A program made the translations under genes and the position numbers. Under the pieces are notes generated by a model that made no database searches, was not told the origin of the DNA, and saw only the letters and a list, made by a program, of their open reading frames with translations. A stretch of DNA of 62,000 nt, from positions 206,001 through 268,000 of the forward strand of contig NZ_JMCB01000003.1 in NCBI RefSeq assembly GCF_000737315.1, given 5' to 3'. The stretch is from Hyalangium minutum. Lineage in GTDB: Bacteria; Myxococcota; Myxococcia; Myxococcales; Myxococcaceae. Positions 21,701 to 33,700 of the stretch are shown here, in pieces. Position 1 is the stretch's first letter. Each line of letters begins with the position of its first letter.

Positions 21701-24700
21701 GTACGCTGGTGACGGTGACGGGCACGGGCTTCGAGCCGGGGGCCACGGTGCGCTTCGGCGGCGTGCCGGCCACGCAGGTGACGGTGTCCGAGGACGGGAC
21801 GCAGCTCACGGCTCGCACGGCCGCCAACACCGCCGGAGCCGCGACGCTGGAGGTGACCAATCCCTCGGGCAGTGTGGCGCGGCGCCTCGGCGCCTTCCTC
21901 TTTACGCAGCCGCTGTCCGTGCTGGCGGCAGCTCCGGGGCGCGGCCCCGCCTCGGGGGGCACGCGCGTCATCTTGTCGGGCACGGGGTTCTCTTCGACGG
22001 GAACGGTCCAGGTCCGCTTCGGAGGTGTCCCGGCGCTGCGCACGCGCGTGCTCGGGCTGAACCGGCTCGAGGTGTACACGCCGCGCGGCCTGCGCGGCAC
22101 GGTCGACATCCAGGTCACCAACCCGGACGGCAGTCAGGCCACGCTGGAGGACGGCTTCATCTTCGATCAGCCGGGTGGGGCCTCGGTGGCGCTGTCGGAT
22201 CGGCCGGTGGATGTGGTGGTGATCGGCGACTCCGCGCTCGTGCTCCAACGCGGTGGGTTGTCGGTGGTGGATCTCTCCGGGCTGTACCTCAAGGGGCCCC
22301 TCAAGGACACGCCCATCCCTCCGGATCTGGTGGATGGTCTCGTGGACGTGGATAACGATCGCAAGGACGATCGGCTCGTCTCGTTCCTCCCGATCCCGGA
22401 TGCGCTCTCCCTGGCCTATCCGTCCACCTGGGGGCACCGCCTCTTCGTGGGAACAGGAGGCTGGGATTCCAAGCTGCAGCAGTGGACGGCGGGCGAGGTG
22501 CTCGAGGTGGCCATCGCGGATCTGGCCCACCCGGCGATCTCGGCCAGGACGGCGGCCGTGGAGGGGCCTGTCTTCGGCCTGGATGTGAAGGACGAGCGGT
22601 TGCTGGCCGCCACGGGACAGAAGGGACTCAGCAGCTTCGATCGCTCATATGCGCCGTTCCTCGTTGGCCAGCTGCCGATGCAGGGCGCGGCCCAGTCCGT
22701 GGCGGGAAGCGCGGGCATGGCGGTGGTGGGCGTGGGGCAGCGAGACGCCACCTCCTTTGCCGTGTCGGCCGGGGCACTGCGGATCGTCTCCACCGAGGCC
22801 TCGCCTTCGCTCCGGGGCGCGCTGCCGCTCAACATTCAGCGGGCGAGGTGGAAGGGCGACGTGGCCGTCGTGGCTGCTGGCGATGCGGGGCTCGTGCTGG
22901 TGAGCGCCGCGAATCCGGATCAGCCCCAGGTGCTGGCCTCGGTGCTGGTGGGCGGCTTCGCGTGGGATGTGCGGCTGCAGGGCAACCTGGCCTATGTGGC
23001 GGCGGGGACGGCGGGCGTGGCGGTGGTGGATCTGACGGATCTGCTCCACCCGCGCGTGCTGTACCACGTGACGGGCGCCCGGGGCGGCACGGCGAAGCTC
23101 GTGGAGATGACCGCGGGCGGCCGCCTCGTGAGCATGAGGGATCGCGGTACCCAGGGCTGGTCCGTGGACTTCGGACGCCCCTCGGAGCTGGCGGTGGTCT
23201 CCGCGAGCGTGGCGCCGGACGAGGTGGTGCCGCTCTCGCTGCCCTCGGTGACGGTGACGCTGTCCGCGGGCCTGTTGCACACGTCGGCGCCGGAGGCCTT
23301 CTCATTCACGGCGAATGGCGCTCCGGTGCCTGGGACGCTGGAGGCTGGGACGCCGGAGCTGCCGGTGAGCACGCTGGTGTTCCGGCCTTCGGAGCCGCTG
23401 CCCTCGGGCGCCGAGCTGCGGCTGGCGCTGGGCACCTCGCTGCGCTCCCTGCTGGGGGATGCGCTGATAGCGCCCTTCGAGGTGCGCTTCTTCGCCGCGG
23501 GAGGCACGGGCGAGCGTCCGCAGCTCCTCCAGGTGGTGCCGCGCGTGGGGCCCTCCGAGGGAGGCACGGAGATCGAGCTGCTGGGCACGGGCTTCGTCCC
23601 AGGCACCACGGTCCGCATCGGTGCCGCGCCCGCGCTCGTGCTGTCGCTGTCCTCCACGCGGATGACGGTCCGCGTGCCTCCCGGAGAGCCTGGGCTGGCG
23701 GACGTGGTGGTGGTGCACCCCTCGGGCGTCACCGCGAGGCGCTCGGGCGGCTACTTCTATTCCGCGCCGCTGTTCGCGAGCGCGTCGATCCCGCGCTTCC
23801 TCAACCCGAAGGGCGGAAGCACCGTGCGAGTGACGGGGCGCGGCTTCCTGCCCACCTGGTCCAGCCCGTTGGGCTCCACGCGCGTGCTGATTCGCGGGCT
23901 GCCCGCGCGCAGCGTCTCCGTGGAGTCCACCACCCAGCTCGTCGCGGTGGCCGGGCCCGGCTCCTTTGGCGACGCGGACGTGGAGCTGGTGGCGGCGGAC
24001 GGCCTGCAGCGCGCGAGCTCGCCCTCTCCCGTGGGGTATGGGCTCCCATTCTCGGGGAAGGTGGTGGGTGCCTCGGTGAGGCCCGTGGCGCTGGCGGGCA
24101 ACCCCGCGCTGCCGCTGCTGCCGTTCGCGGCGGCGGGCGCTTCGGTGGAAGGCAACACCTTCCCTCAGCCCTATACCGGTCCCATGACGGGCGGCGGCCT
24201 GGTGCCCGAGTCCTTCCGCATGGTGGCCTATGACGTGACTCGCGTGGGCCGGCCCGAGCTGGCGGGCGCCTCGGTGGTGGATCCGCCGGATCACGACGTG
24301 GACTACCTGATCGGCAGCCTGCCGTATCTGGCCCAGCGGGAGCTGCCCCTGCCAGAAGTGGAGCTGATGCCGGACTCCTTCGACGTGGCGCTGCGCGGCA
24401 CCCAGCTCCTGGTGGCCAACGGCGCCAGCGGCCTCGCGGTGATTGACGCGTCCGGGACGACCCTGGAGCAGTGGCCGCTGCTGGGGCGCGGAGGCATTGG
24501 CAGCGTGCTCGGCCAGGAGTACGCCACGCGCCTGCTGGCGACTCCGACGGGAGCCTGGGTGTTCAGCAATCCCCTCGAGGACAACCTCCTGCCCGAGGAG
24601 ATCCCCTGTAAGTCCCCCACGGACGAGCACTACCCCGCCGCGGGCAGTGGTGGCCAGCTGCAGCTCTTCGATACCCGCAGTCCGTCGGATCCGGTCCTCC

Positions 24701-27700
24701 TGGGGAGCATCGGCTCGGGGAGCGCGCAGGAGCCGTACGGCGCCACGGTGGCGGGAGGACGGCTGCTGGTGGCCATGGGCAACCACGCGGGCGTCATCTA
24801 CTGCACCGAGACGCCGTTCCCTCCGCCGCCCTGGGCCTCGCTGACCACGGGCCGCCGCACGCGGTTCCTCGGGCTCGATCCGAGCGACGACTACCGGTCC
24901 GAGGACGCGCCGATCATCATGATGAAGACCCCGCACGGGGCCTTGGAACTCTATGACTCGGCGGGAGTGGGCGCGCAGCGGCTCGCTCGGAGGCCGTACC
25001 CCTACAGCCTCACGGACGTGGTGGTGGTGCGGGACGTGGCCATCGCCTCGGCGGCCGAGTTCGGACTGATCTTCTTCGACGTGCGGCCGGACAACCCGCA
25101 GGCGCCGCAGGAACTGCTGCGGCTGCCCTTCGATCAATCGCTCTCCAACACCCCCGGCCACCCCGAGCGCCTGCGGCTGATTGGGGATCTGCTCTTCGTG
25201 GCCGCCTCCTCGGGGAGCGTGTACGTGCTGGACGTGTCGGATCCGCGCCACCCGGAGTTCCTCAGCGGAGGCAACACGGAGTTCGCGTACGACGTGCTGC
25301 CCGTGGGGGATCGGCTGATGCTGGCGAGCCGCCAGGAGCTCACCGAGCTGTCCATGCCCTTCCTCCTGCCCCTGTCGACGACGCCGGAGCGGGATGCGCT
25401 GGTGCCGCCGTCCCTGAGCCAGCTCGAGGTCCGCTTCAACCGGCCGCTGGCGCCGGCCACCGTCAACGACATCAGCGTGCAGCTGATCGGGCCCTCGGGT
25501 CCGGTCCCGCTGGAGCTGTCCGTGGTGGCGGAGCACGCGACGCTCACCTACGCCGTGCGCGCCCAGCTCCCGGAAGAGGGGCTGGAGCCTGGCGCCACCT
25601 ATGAGGTGCGGATCGCGTCCACGGTTGCGGACCAGCGGGGCGGAGGGATGATCCGGCCCTTCCGCACCGCCTTCCGCACGGGCGCCGCGGGCAGCCACGC
25701 GCCTCGGATCGATGCGGTGCAGCCCTCGGCGGTCTCCATGGCGGGAGGGCAGCAGGTGGTGATCCAGGGCTCGGGCCTGAGCGGCGTGGCGTCGGTGCGG
25801 ATCGGTGGAGCCACCGCCAGCTTCACGGCAGCGGGGGATACGGAGCTGCACGTCACCGTGCCTCCGTCCACGCGCCCTGGGCCAGCGGACGTGCGTATAG
25901 AGGATGCGGGGGGCCCCTGGTCCCTGTTGCCGCACGGCGTCCTGTACCTGTCGCCGCTCGCGAGCGCTCACGCCTCGCTGGTGCCCGACCACGGGCCCGT
26001 GGAGGGCGGTACCGAGGTGAAGGTGTCGTTCAGCGGGGCCTCTCCGGTGGCTCCGGGCACTCGCGTCTTCATTGGAGATCGCGAGGGCGTGAACGTGGAC
26101 GTGGTGAGCCTGTCCACCCTGCGCTTCACCACGCCGCGTCCAGATGGGCCCGGCCTGGTGCCCGTGAAGCTGGAGCGTCCGGGCGAGGTGTCGGAGACGG
26201 TGGGGTACTTCTCCTATGATCTGCCCACGGGCACCACGGTGGATCTGCCCGGCTTCCCGCCGCGCGAGACGTCCGAGGTGGTGCTCTCGGGGGATCTGCT
26301 GTTCGCGGGAGTGCCCACCGCCGGGTACGAGGGGCTCGAGCTCTTCAACATCCGCGTGCCCGAGCACCCGGTCCGTCTGGGAGGCCTGCGCACGGAGGGC
26401 GCGGTGCGAGGCCTGGACGCGCGAGGAGCGCTGGCCCTGCTGGCCACGGATGCGTTCGGCCTGGTGGCGGTGGATGTGCAGGATACCGCCCGGCCCTTCA
26501 CCGTCGGCCGGGGCGCCACTGCGGGGCTCGCCACGGGGATCCGGCTGGAGGGCAACGTGGCCCACGTCTCGGTGACCCAGATGGATGGGGGCGCCGGGTA
26601 TGTGCAGACGTTCGATGTCTCGCAGCCCTCGCTGCCGCTGCTGAGCACCACTCCGCTCACGGAAGATGCGCTGGCGCTGGATCACGCTCCGGGGCGCTTC
26701 TACGCGCTGACCTCCAATGTGCGCACCGGGCAGCCGGATGGGCTGCGCCTCACGGTCTACACCCGCCAGGGCCAGCGCCTGGGCGGCGTGGTGGTGGATG
26801 CCACGCCGCGCTCCTACGCGGAGCTGGTGCGCAGCCGGCTCACTGTGCGCGGAGGCCGGGCCTACGTCACCCTGGGCTCTCGGCTTTACGTCTTCGACAT
26901 GAGCGACGAGACCGCGCCGCAGGTGCTCCAGTCCACGGAACTGGGCGCTCCGGCGCGCGGGCTCACCTGGGCGGGCGGCTCGCTGCTGGTCTCCACCACG
27001 GGGAGCTCCACGCTGGTGACGGTGCCACCGACGGATCTGCTGGTCGTGGGCACCTCGCCCGTGAATGGCGCGCTGGCTTCTCCGCTCACCTCCATCCGCG
27101 TGGACATGAGCCTGCCCGTGCGCGAGGACACGGTGACGGCGGGGACCTTCGAGGTGGTGCAGGTGGGCTCGGCAGGCCCCGTGCCCGTGCCCGGCCATCG
27201 GGAAGTGGTGTTCGCCACGCGGGGCTCCTCGCTCGTCTTCACGCCGGAGGACCCGCTCGAGCCCGGCGCTCAGATTGAGGTGAAGGTGGAGGGGGTGCTG
27301 GGCTTTGACACCCGGCCGCTGGCGCACCCTGCGTCCTTCGCTTTCACGGTGGCGGGGGAAGATGCGCTGCAGCCCTGGGTGGAGCGGCTCGAACCCGCCT
27401 CGGGGCTCTTCACGGACTTCACCGCCACCACGGTGCGGGGCGCGGGCTTCCGCCAGGGCGTCACCGTGCGGATCGCCGGGCAGAACGCCACGGTGGTCTC
27501 CGTGCAGGAGGATCAGCTGGGGATCGTCGTCCCGCCGTCGCTCACGTCGGCAGGGCCGGCCTCGGTGGAGGTCATCGATCCGAGCGGCCTGTCCGCGGTG
27601 CGCCTGGGCGGCTTCCTCTACCGCGAGCCGCTGCGGCTGGCGCTGCTCTCGCCGGATCGCGCGCCGCAGCAGGGCGGAGTGGCCGTGGAGCTGCGAGGCA

Positions 27701-30700
27701 CGGGCTTCATGCCCGGCCTGGTGGTGCGCTTTGGTGGCACCGGCTCCTTCCAGGTGGACGTGCCGTCCATGGAGCGGGCGGTGGCCGTGGCGCCTCCGCA
27801 CGCGCAGGGGTTGGTGGATGTGGAGGCGGTGCTGGGCAGCCAGAGCGCCGTCAAGGCGCGCTCCTTTCTCTATGGCACGGGCGCGGTGTCTCGCCTGCCC
27901 ACGCCCCCGGTGCGGGACGTGCGGGTGGAGGGCACGGTGGCCTATGTGGCGCTGGGCGGCGAGACGGAGATCGTCGGGCTCGACGCCGAGGGCCACCTCA
28001 TCACCCTCGAGCAGCGGCGGAAGACGGACTCCGGTGGGCTCATGGTGGCCGATCTCAGCGAGCCCACGGTGGCGCGCGAGATCCGGCGAGTGAACGTGTC
28101 CGCGCAGGGGGGCGTGCGCCGCATGGCCAGGGCGGGCAACACCCTGTACCTGGCGGCGGGCTCCGCGGGGGTGGTGGCCGTGGACGTGAGCCAGCCCGCC
28201 AACGCGTCGGAGACCCTGAGGCTGTCCGTCCAGGGCGAGGCCGTGGACGTGGTGACGGCCGGCAGCCTGATCTTCGTGGCGGATGGGAGCGGCGTGCGGG
28301 TGTTCCGCACGGGTGAGACGGAGCAGCCCATGCTGGTGGCCCAGCGAGCGCTGCCGGGGGGCGCGAGCGCGCTGGCGTTGTATGGCGGGCTGTTGCTGGT
28401 CTCGAACGCGAGCGCAACGGACGCACGGCTCTATGTGCTGGACGCGCGGCGCGGGGATCTGGCTCCGCTGGCCCAGGAGGCGCATCTGCCGCTGTCGGCT
28501 CCGGCGCGGCACATCGCGGTCGAGGGCACGCGGGCCTTTGTCTCGCTGGGGCGCGCGGGGCAGGTGGCCATCGTCGAGCTGGCCGATCCCACGGCGCCCG
28601 CTCCCGCGGGCACGCTGGTGCTGAAGGACGAGCTGCACCAGGGGTGGACCTCCGCCGAGCAGACGCTGGTGGCCGGAGACGTGGTCTGGGTGGCGGGCGG
28701 AGGCGGCAAGGTGCAGCGCTTCGCGGCGCTGGTGGGGCAGCAGCCCCAGTGGCTGGAGACGGCTTCCGTGCTCGGAGACGCGAAGGCGCTGGCGCGCTCG
28801 GGCCGCTACCTCATGGCGGGCACGCTGCTGCTGGACGTGAACGGACGCCCGGTGGAGATGCCGCTGGCGGACACCCGGGATGCGGCGGGGACCCTGACGG
28901 GCGGGCTCGTCTCTGTGGCGCTGGATCACCTGGAGCTGAGGGGGACGGTGCCGGTGGCGGGCGCGGTGGTGCAGGTGGGCGTGGTGCCCGAGGTTCTGCT
29001 CTCCGCGCTGCCGGACATGGCCACGGCGGGGGCAGTGCGGCTGGAGGGCACGGATGGCGTCGAGGTGCGCGTGGCGCGCCAGGGCCGGGCGGACACGGAG
29101 GGAGGGCGGCTCGCGCTGATCCCGCAGTCGCCGCTGGCGGTGGGGACGGACTACGTGCTGCGCGTGGGCGGCACACTGGCGGATCTCGCGGGCCGGCCGC
29201 TCGGAACGGACGTGGGCGTGCGCTTCCGCACCGGCCCGATCGCATCTCCCGAGCAGCCGGTGATCACGGCGATGTCGCCTGTCACGGGCCTGGAGGCGGG
29301 CGGGGACACGGCCGTCCTCACGGGAGAGGGCTTCATGCCCGGCTGCCAGGTGTGGGTGGGGGACACGCTGGCCTCGGGGGTGACGGTGTCCTCGGATGGG
29401 GGCCGGATCACGCTCATCGTCCCGCCGGGGCCTGCGGGCGCGGCGGCGGTGCGGGTGCGCAACCCCAATGGACTCGAGGCGCTGCAGCTGGGGCTGTACC
29501 GCTACCTCGTGGCCCCCGAGCTGACGCAGGTGTCGCCGGCCCAGGCGCCCTTCAACAGCCGGCAGCGGGTGGTGCTGACGGGCAAGGGCTTCGCGGCGAC
29601 CACGCAGGTGACGTTCGGCGGCAGGCCAGCGCTGCACCCGGTGATGGACTCGCAGGGCCGGATCTCGGTGGAGGTGCCGGACGATGTGACGGGCGTGGTG
29701 GAGGTGGCGGTGGCCACGCCGATGCCGGGAGGGGCGCTGGTCGCCCGGAGGCCGGACGGCTTCACCTATACGCTCAAGCCGCTGGGGGGCGTGGGCGGCA
29801 ACACGGAGGCCCTGGCGGTGGCGGGGCGGGTGCTGCTGGCCGCGCGGGCGGGACGGCTCGTGGCGTTCGATCTCACGCGCCCCGGCGATCTGCCGGAGGT
29901 AGCCAATGTCCCCGGTGTGACGAGTGCGGGGGGCCTGGTGGTCTCGGGTGACGAAGCTTGGCTCGCGGGCCAGGGCGAGGTCGTGCGGTATGCCCTGGAG
30001 GGCTGCGGCGCGGGCCTCCCGGTGAGCTGCCCGCTCCAGGTGGTGGAGCGCATTCCGCTGGTGGCCTCGGGCGTGGCCAGCGTGGCGGCGGGGCAGGGGA
30101 GTGCATACGTGACGGTGGCGGGCGGCAGCGACGTGGTGCTGCTGGGCCGGGTGGACGGGGCCACGCGCGTGGTGGCCCAGGTGAACGTGGGGCCGGGCGT
30201 GGTGCGAGGCGTGGCCATGGCAGGCCCGGTGCTCGCGGTGCTGGTGCAGGGCTCGCAGTCGAGCCGGCTGGAGCTGCGCGACGTGGCGGATGGGTCGCTC
30301 ACGCTGGTGGGTGAGGTGCCCGGGTTGTACTGGACCGTGAACCGGCTGGCCGCGGAGGGCACGCGCGTGGCGGTGGCCTCTGGAGCGGGCGTGCGCCTCT
30401 ATGAGACGGCCGAGCCGGCCGTGCCCGTCGAGCTGGGCCGGTTTGAAGGCCAGGGCAGCGCGTACACCGTGGCGCTGTCGGGCCCGTGGGCGCTGGCCTC
30501 GGGAGACTTCGGGCTGGCGTGGCTGGACACGACGCAGGGGCTGAAGCGGCGCACCTCGGGCTCGACATATGGGTGGGCCGGGAACGTGGCCGTGGGGGCA
30601 GGGGTGGCGGTGGCGGCCTCGGCCTATGAGCTGAGAGCCTTCGAGCTGCCGTACCCCACGGTCACCGGCCAGGAGCCTTCGCCGGGAGGCGCACTGCCCA

Positions 30701-33700
30701 GGGAAGCGGCCGTGTCGGTGACGCTGGCGGATCGTCTGCCGCCCTCGGTGGTGCAGGGCACTGCGATGGAGCTGGTGGGCCCCGCGGGAGCCATCTCCGG
30801 CACGCGCACGGTGCAGGGCTCGGCGGTGCTGTTCCGGCCCTCGGCGGTGCTCACTCCCGGGGAGCGGGTGCAGGCGCGCGTCACGCTGGGCGCCACGCCC
30901 TATGTGGGCGGCACGGTCCTCGGGCCGTGGACGTGGTCCATCCTCCCGAGCGCGGAGGCTCCCTCCCTTCGAGTGGATGCGCTGGTGCCGGACCATGGAG
31001 ACGTGTCGGGTGGCTACCCGGTGGTGCTGGCGGGCGCGGGCTTCGACGCGCAGACGCAGGTGTGGTTCGGCACGCGTGCGGCCACGGTGGTGCCGCCGGT
31101 GTCCACGGACGCGATCCATGTGCTGGCGCCGGCCTCTCCGGTGCCGGGCCCGGTCCGCGTCCGCGTGAGCCCGGGGGTGGCGGGGACGCCGGTGGATGTG
31201 CCCGGAGGCTTCGTCTACCTGGCGCCGCTGGCGATCTCGCGGGTGACACCTCCCCGGGTGGACCTGGGCGGAGGCGCGGTGACAGTGGAGGGCACGGGCT
31301 TCAACCGGAGCCTCACCGCGCGGCTGGGCGGGCTCGTGGCGCCGGTGAGTGACTTCACGCCCACGAGCTTCAAGCTGAGCGTTCCGGCCGGTCCTTCCGG
31401 GTGGCTCGCGCTCGAGGTGGCGCAGGCGGGCACGCCTCCGGTGACGCTGGCTCAGGCCGTGCTGCGCGCCGACGGCGTCGCGCCCACCGTCACCGCGTGG
31501 GAGCCGCTGGACACGGTGGGCACTGGGCAGGTGCCGCTCAACTCCATCTTCACGGTGCGCTTCAACGAGCCCATTGATCCCGCCACAGCCACCCACGTGC
31601 GGCTCGTGCGCCAGGGCGGCACGGTGCCAGAGTCCGGGACCCACACCGTCGCGCCGGATGGGCTGAGCGTTACGTTCACACCGGCGGCGGCGCTGCCCTC
31701 CACCACGGCGTTCACGCTCTCGGCGGCGGGGGTGGCGGATCTGTTCGGCAACGCGATCGCGAACACTGCCGCGGCCCGGAAGGACTTCCGCTCTCGCGAC
31801 GTGGTTCCGCCCAACGTATACGTGCGGTTGGAGAGCAGCACCGAGCCCCTCGCGCCAGGGACTCTGCTCGCGGCGGAGGTGTCCTGGAGCTTCCGGGTGG
31901 TGGCCTCGGATGACAGCGGCCAGGTGAGCCTCCGCCAGCTCTGGGTGGACGGAGCGGCCGTGAGCGTGGATTGGGACGGGAAGGCCACCTACCGCTGGCC
32001 CGCGATCATGAGCTCGAGGCCCTCGACGCTGAAGGTGCGCGCCGAGGACAGCGCGGGAAACGGTACCGAGTCCGAGGTGACGGTGCAGGTGGTGGAGGAC
32101 ATGCCGCCCACGGTGGCGATCACCCAGCCCTCCACGCCAGTGGTGCAGGTGGAGCAGGGCGTGTCGCTCACCGTGGCGCTGGCCGCGAGCGACAACCATG
32201 GTGTCTCGGCGGTGGAGCTGCGGCTGGACGGGGTGCCGATCAAGCGCGCGAGCAGCCTGACGGGCACGAACGCCACGCTCTCCCATGTGCTGTACCTGCC
32301 CACGCAGGGCACCTACCAGCTCACGGCGCTCGCGATGGATGATCGGGGCCAGCTCACCAGCTCCGAGAGCGTGAGCGTGCAGGTGCTCCCGGACACGACG
32401 CCGCCGCAGTTGGCGTGGGTGTTGCCCATGGCAGGGACCAAGCTCATCGGCGGCGGGCGCTACCCGTTGCAGGTGTCCGCCACGGACCTGAACGGAGTGG
32501 CCGAGGTGTCGTTCCGCATCGATGGCCAGCTCGTGGCGACGCGGACGGCCCCGCCCTGGTCGATGGACTGGGACGCGCCAGCGGTGACGTCCGCGGGGAC
32601 CCGCCTGCTCGAGGCTCGCGCGCGAGATGCGCAGGGCAACGAGGCCGGAGCCAGCCAGACGGTGACGGTGGCGCCGCCCTCGACTTCACGGCCCACGATC
32701 GTGCTCGATGGGTTTTCTACTTCTTACGGCTACCCCGAAGGGACGGCGGTCACGGTCCGAGCGCGTGTGACGTCGGAGATCCCGCTCCAGAGCGTGCGCC
32801 TGTCGCTGGGAGCGGAGACGGTGACGCTCACCCAACCGCCCTGGCAGCTCACGTTCGTGGCACCGCGAGTTCCGCCGCCCTCGCAACTGGTGAGGCTCCG
32901 CGGCACCGCGGTGGATCTCCTGGGGCGCGAGAGCTTCCCTGTGGAGTACGACGTCACCGTCCAGGACGACGGGCGGCAGCCCGTGCTCGCGCTGGACATG
33001 AACCCGCAGGGCCCTTCGCTGCTGGGCGGTTCCACGCTCCAGGTGGGGGGCCTGGATGGCGGCGTCCTGACAGGCACGGTGGTCCGCGTGAGCGAGGTGC
33101 TCCAGCCCGCCGAGACGGACGGGGGCTACACCCTGCCCTTCGAGCCAGAGGCGGCGCCTGTGCGCGTGTCCGCGCGAATGGATGCGTGGGACGGCGGCAT
33201 GGTGACGCTGGAGCGGCAGGGCACGCTGACGGCCTTTGCCAACGGTGCCACGGTCTCGGTCGCGGCCGCGGACGAGCCCGTGCTGGATCTGGCCACCTCC
33301 GGGCCATGGGAGTGGGTGGCCCGCGATCAGAGCGGTGGGCACACGCGCCTCGAGCTCCGGGATGCGGCCACTCAGGCCCTCACGGCCGAGCGCTCGCTGG
33401 ACGGGACCGCGGTGGCCGTGGCCTTTGAGCGGGGCCGGGCCGTGGTGGCGCTGCGCACCGGAGGGCGCGGCCGGGTCGACATGATGTCCGTGCCTGCCCT
33501 GGAGACGGTCGGCTCGTTCTCCGTGCGCAGAATCCCCCGCGCACTGGAGACCACTTCCTTCGGTCTGGCGATCGGGACGGACGAGGGCCTCGAGCTGTGG
33601 AGCAGCGGGGGCATGCTCGCCTCGCGACTGCCCCTCGGGGACGTGCTCGGGGTGTCCGCCGAGGGTGATCGCCTCGCGGTGCTGACGAACAGCACCTTGT

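Noticed and set aside
23302-32286. 2,994-aa antisense ORF (also 16375..21060, 43622..49093 and many shorter ones)
   Set aside because: The 2,994-aa ORF is in exact codon register opposite the giant gene. Antisense stops need TTA/CTA/TCA sense codons, which are rare at about 70% GC. The translations are Arg/His/Gly-rich with no domain motifs, so these are shadow ORFs.
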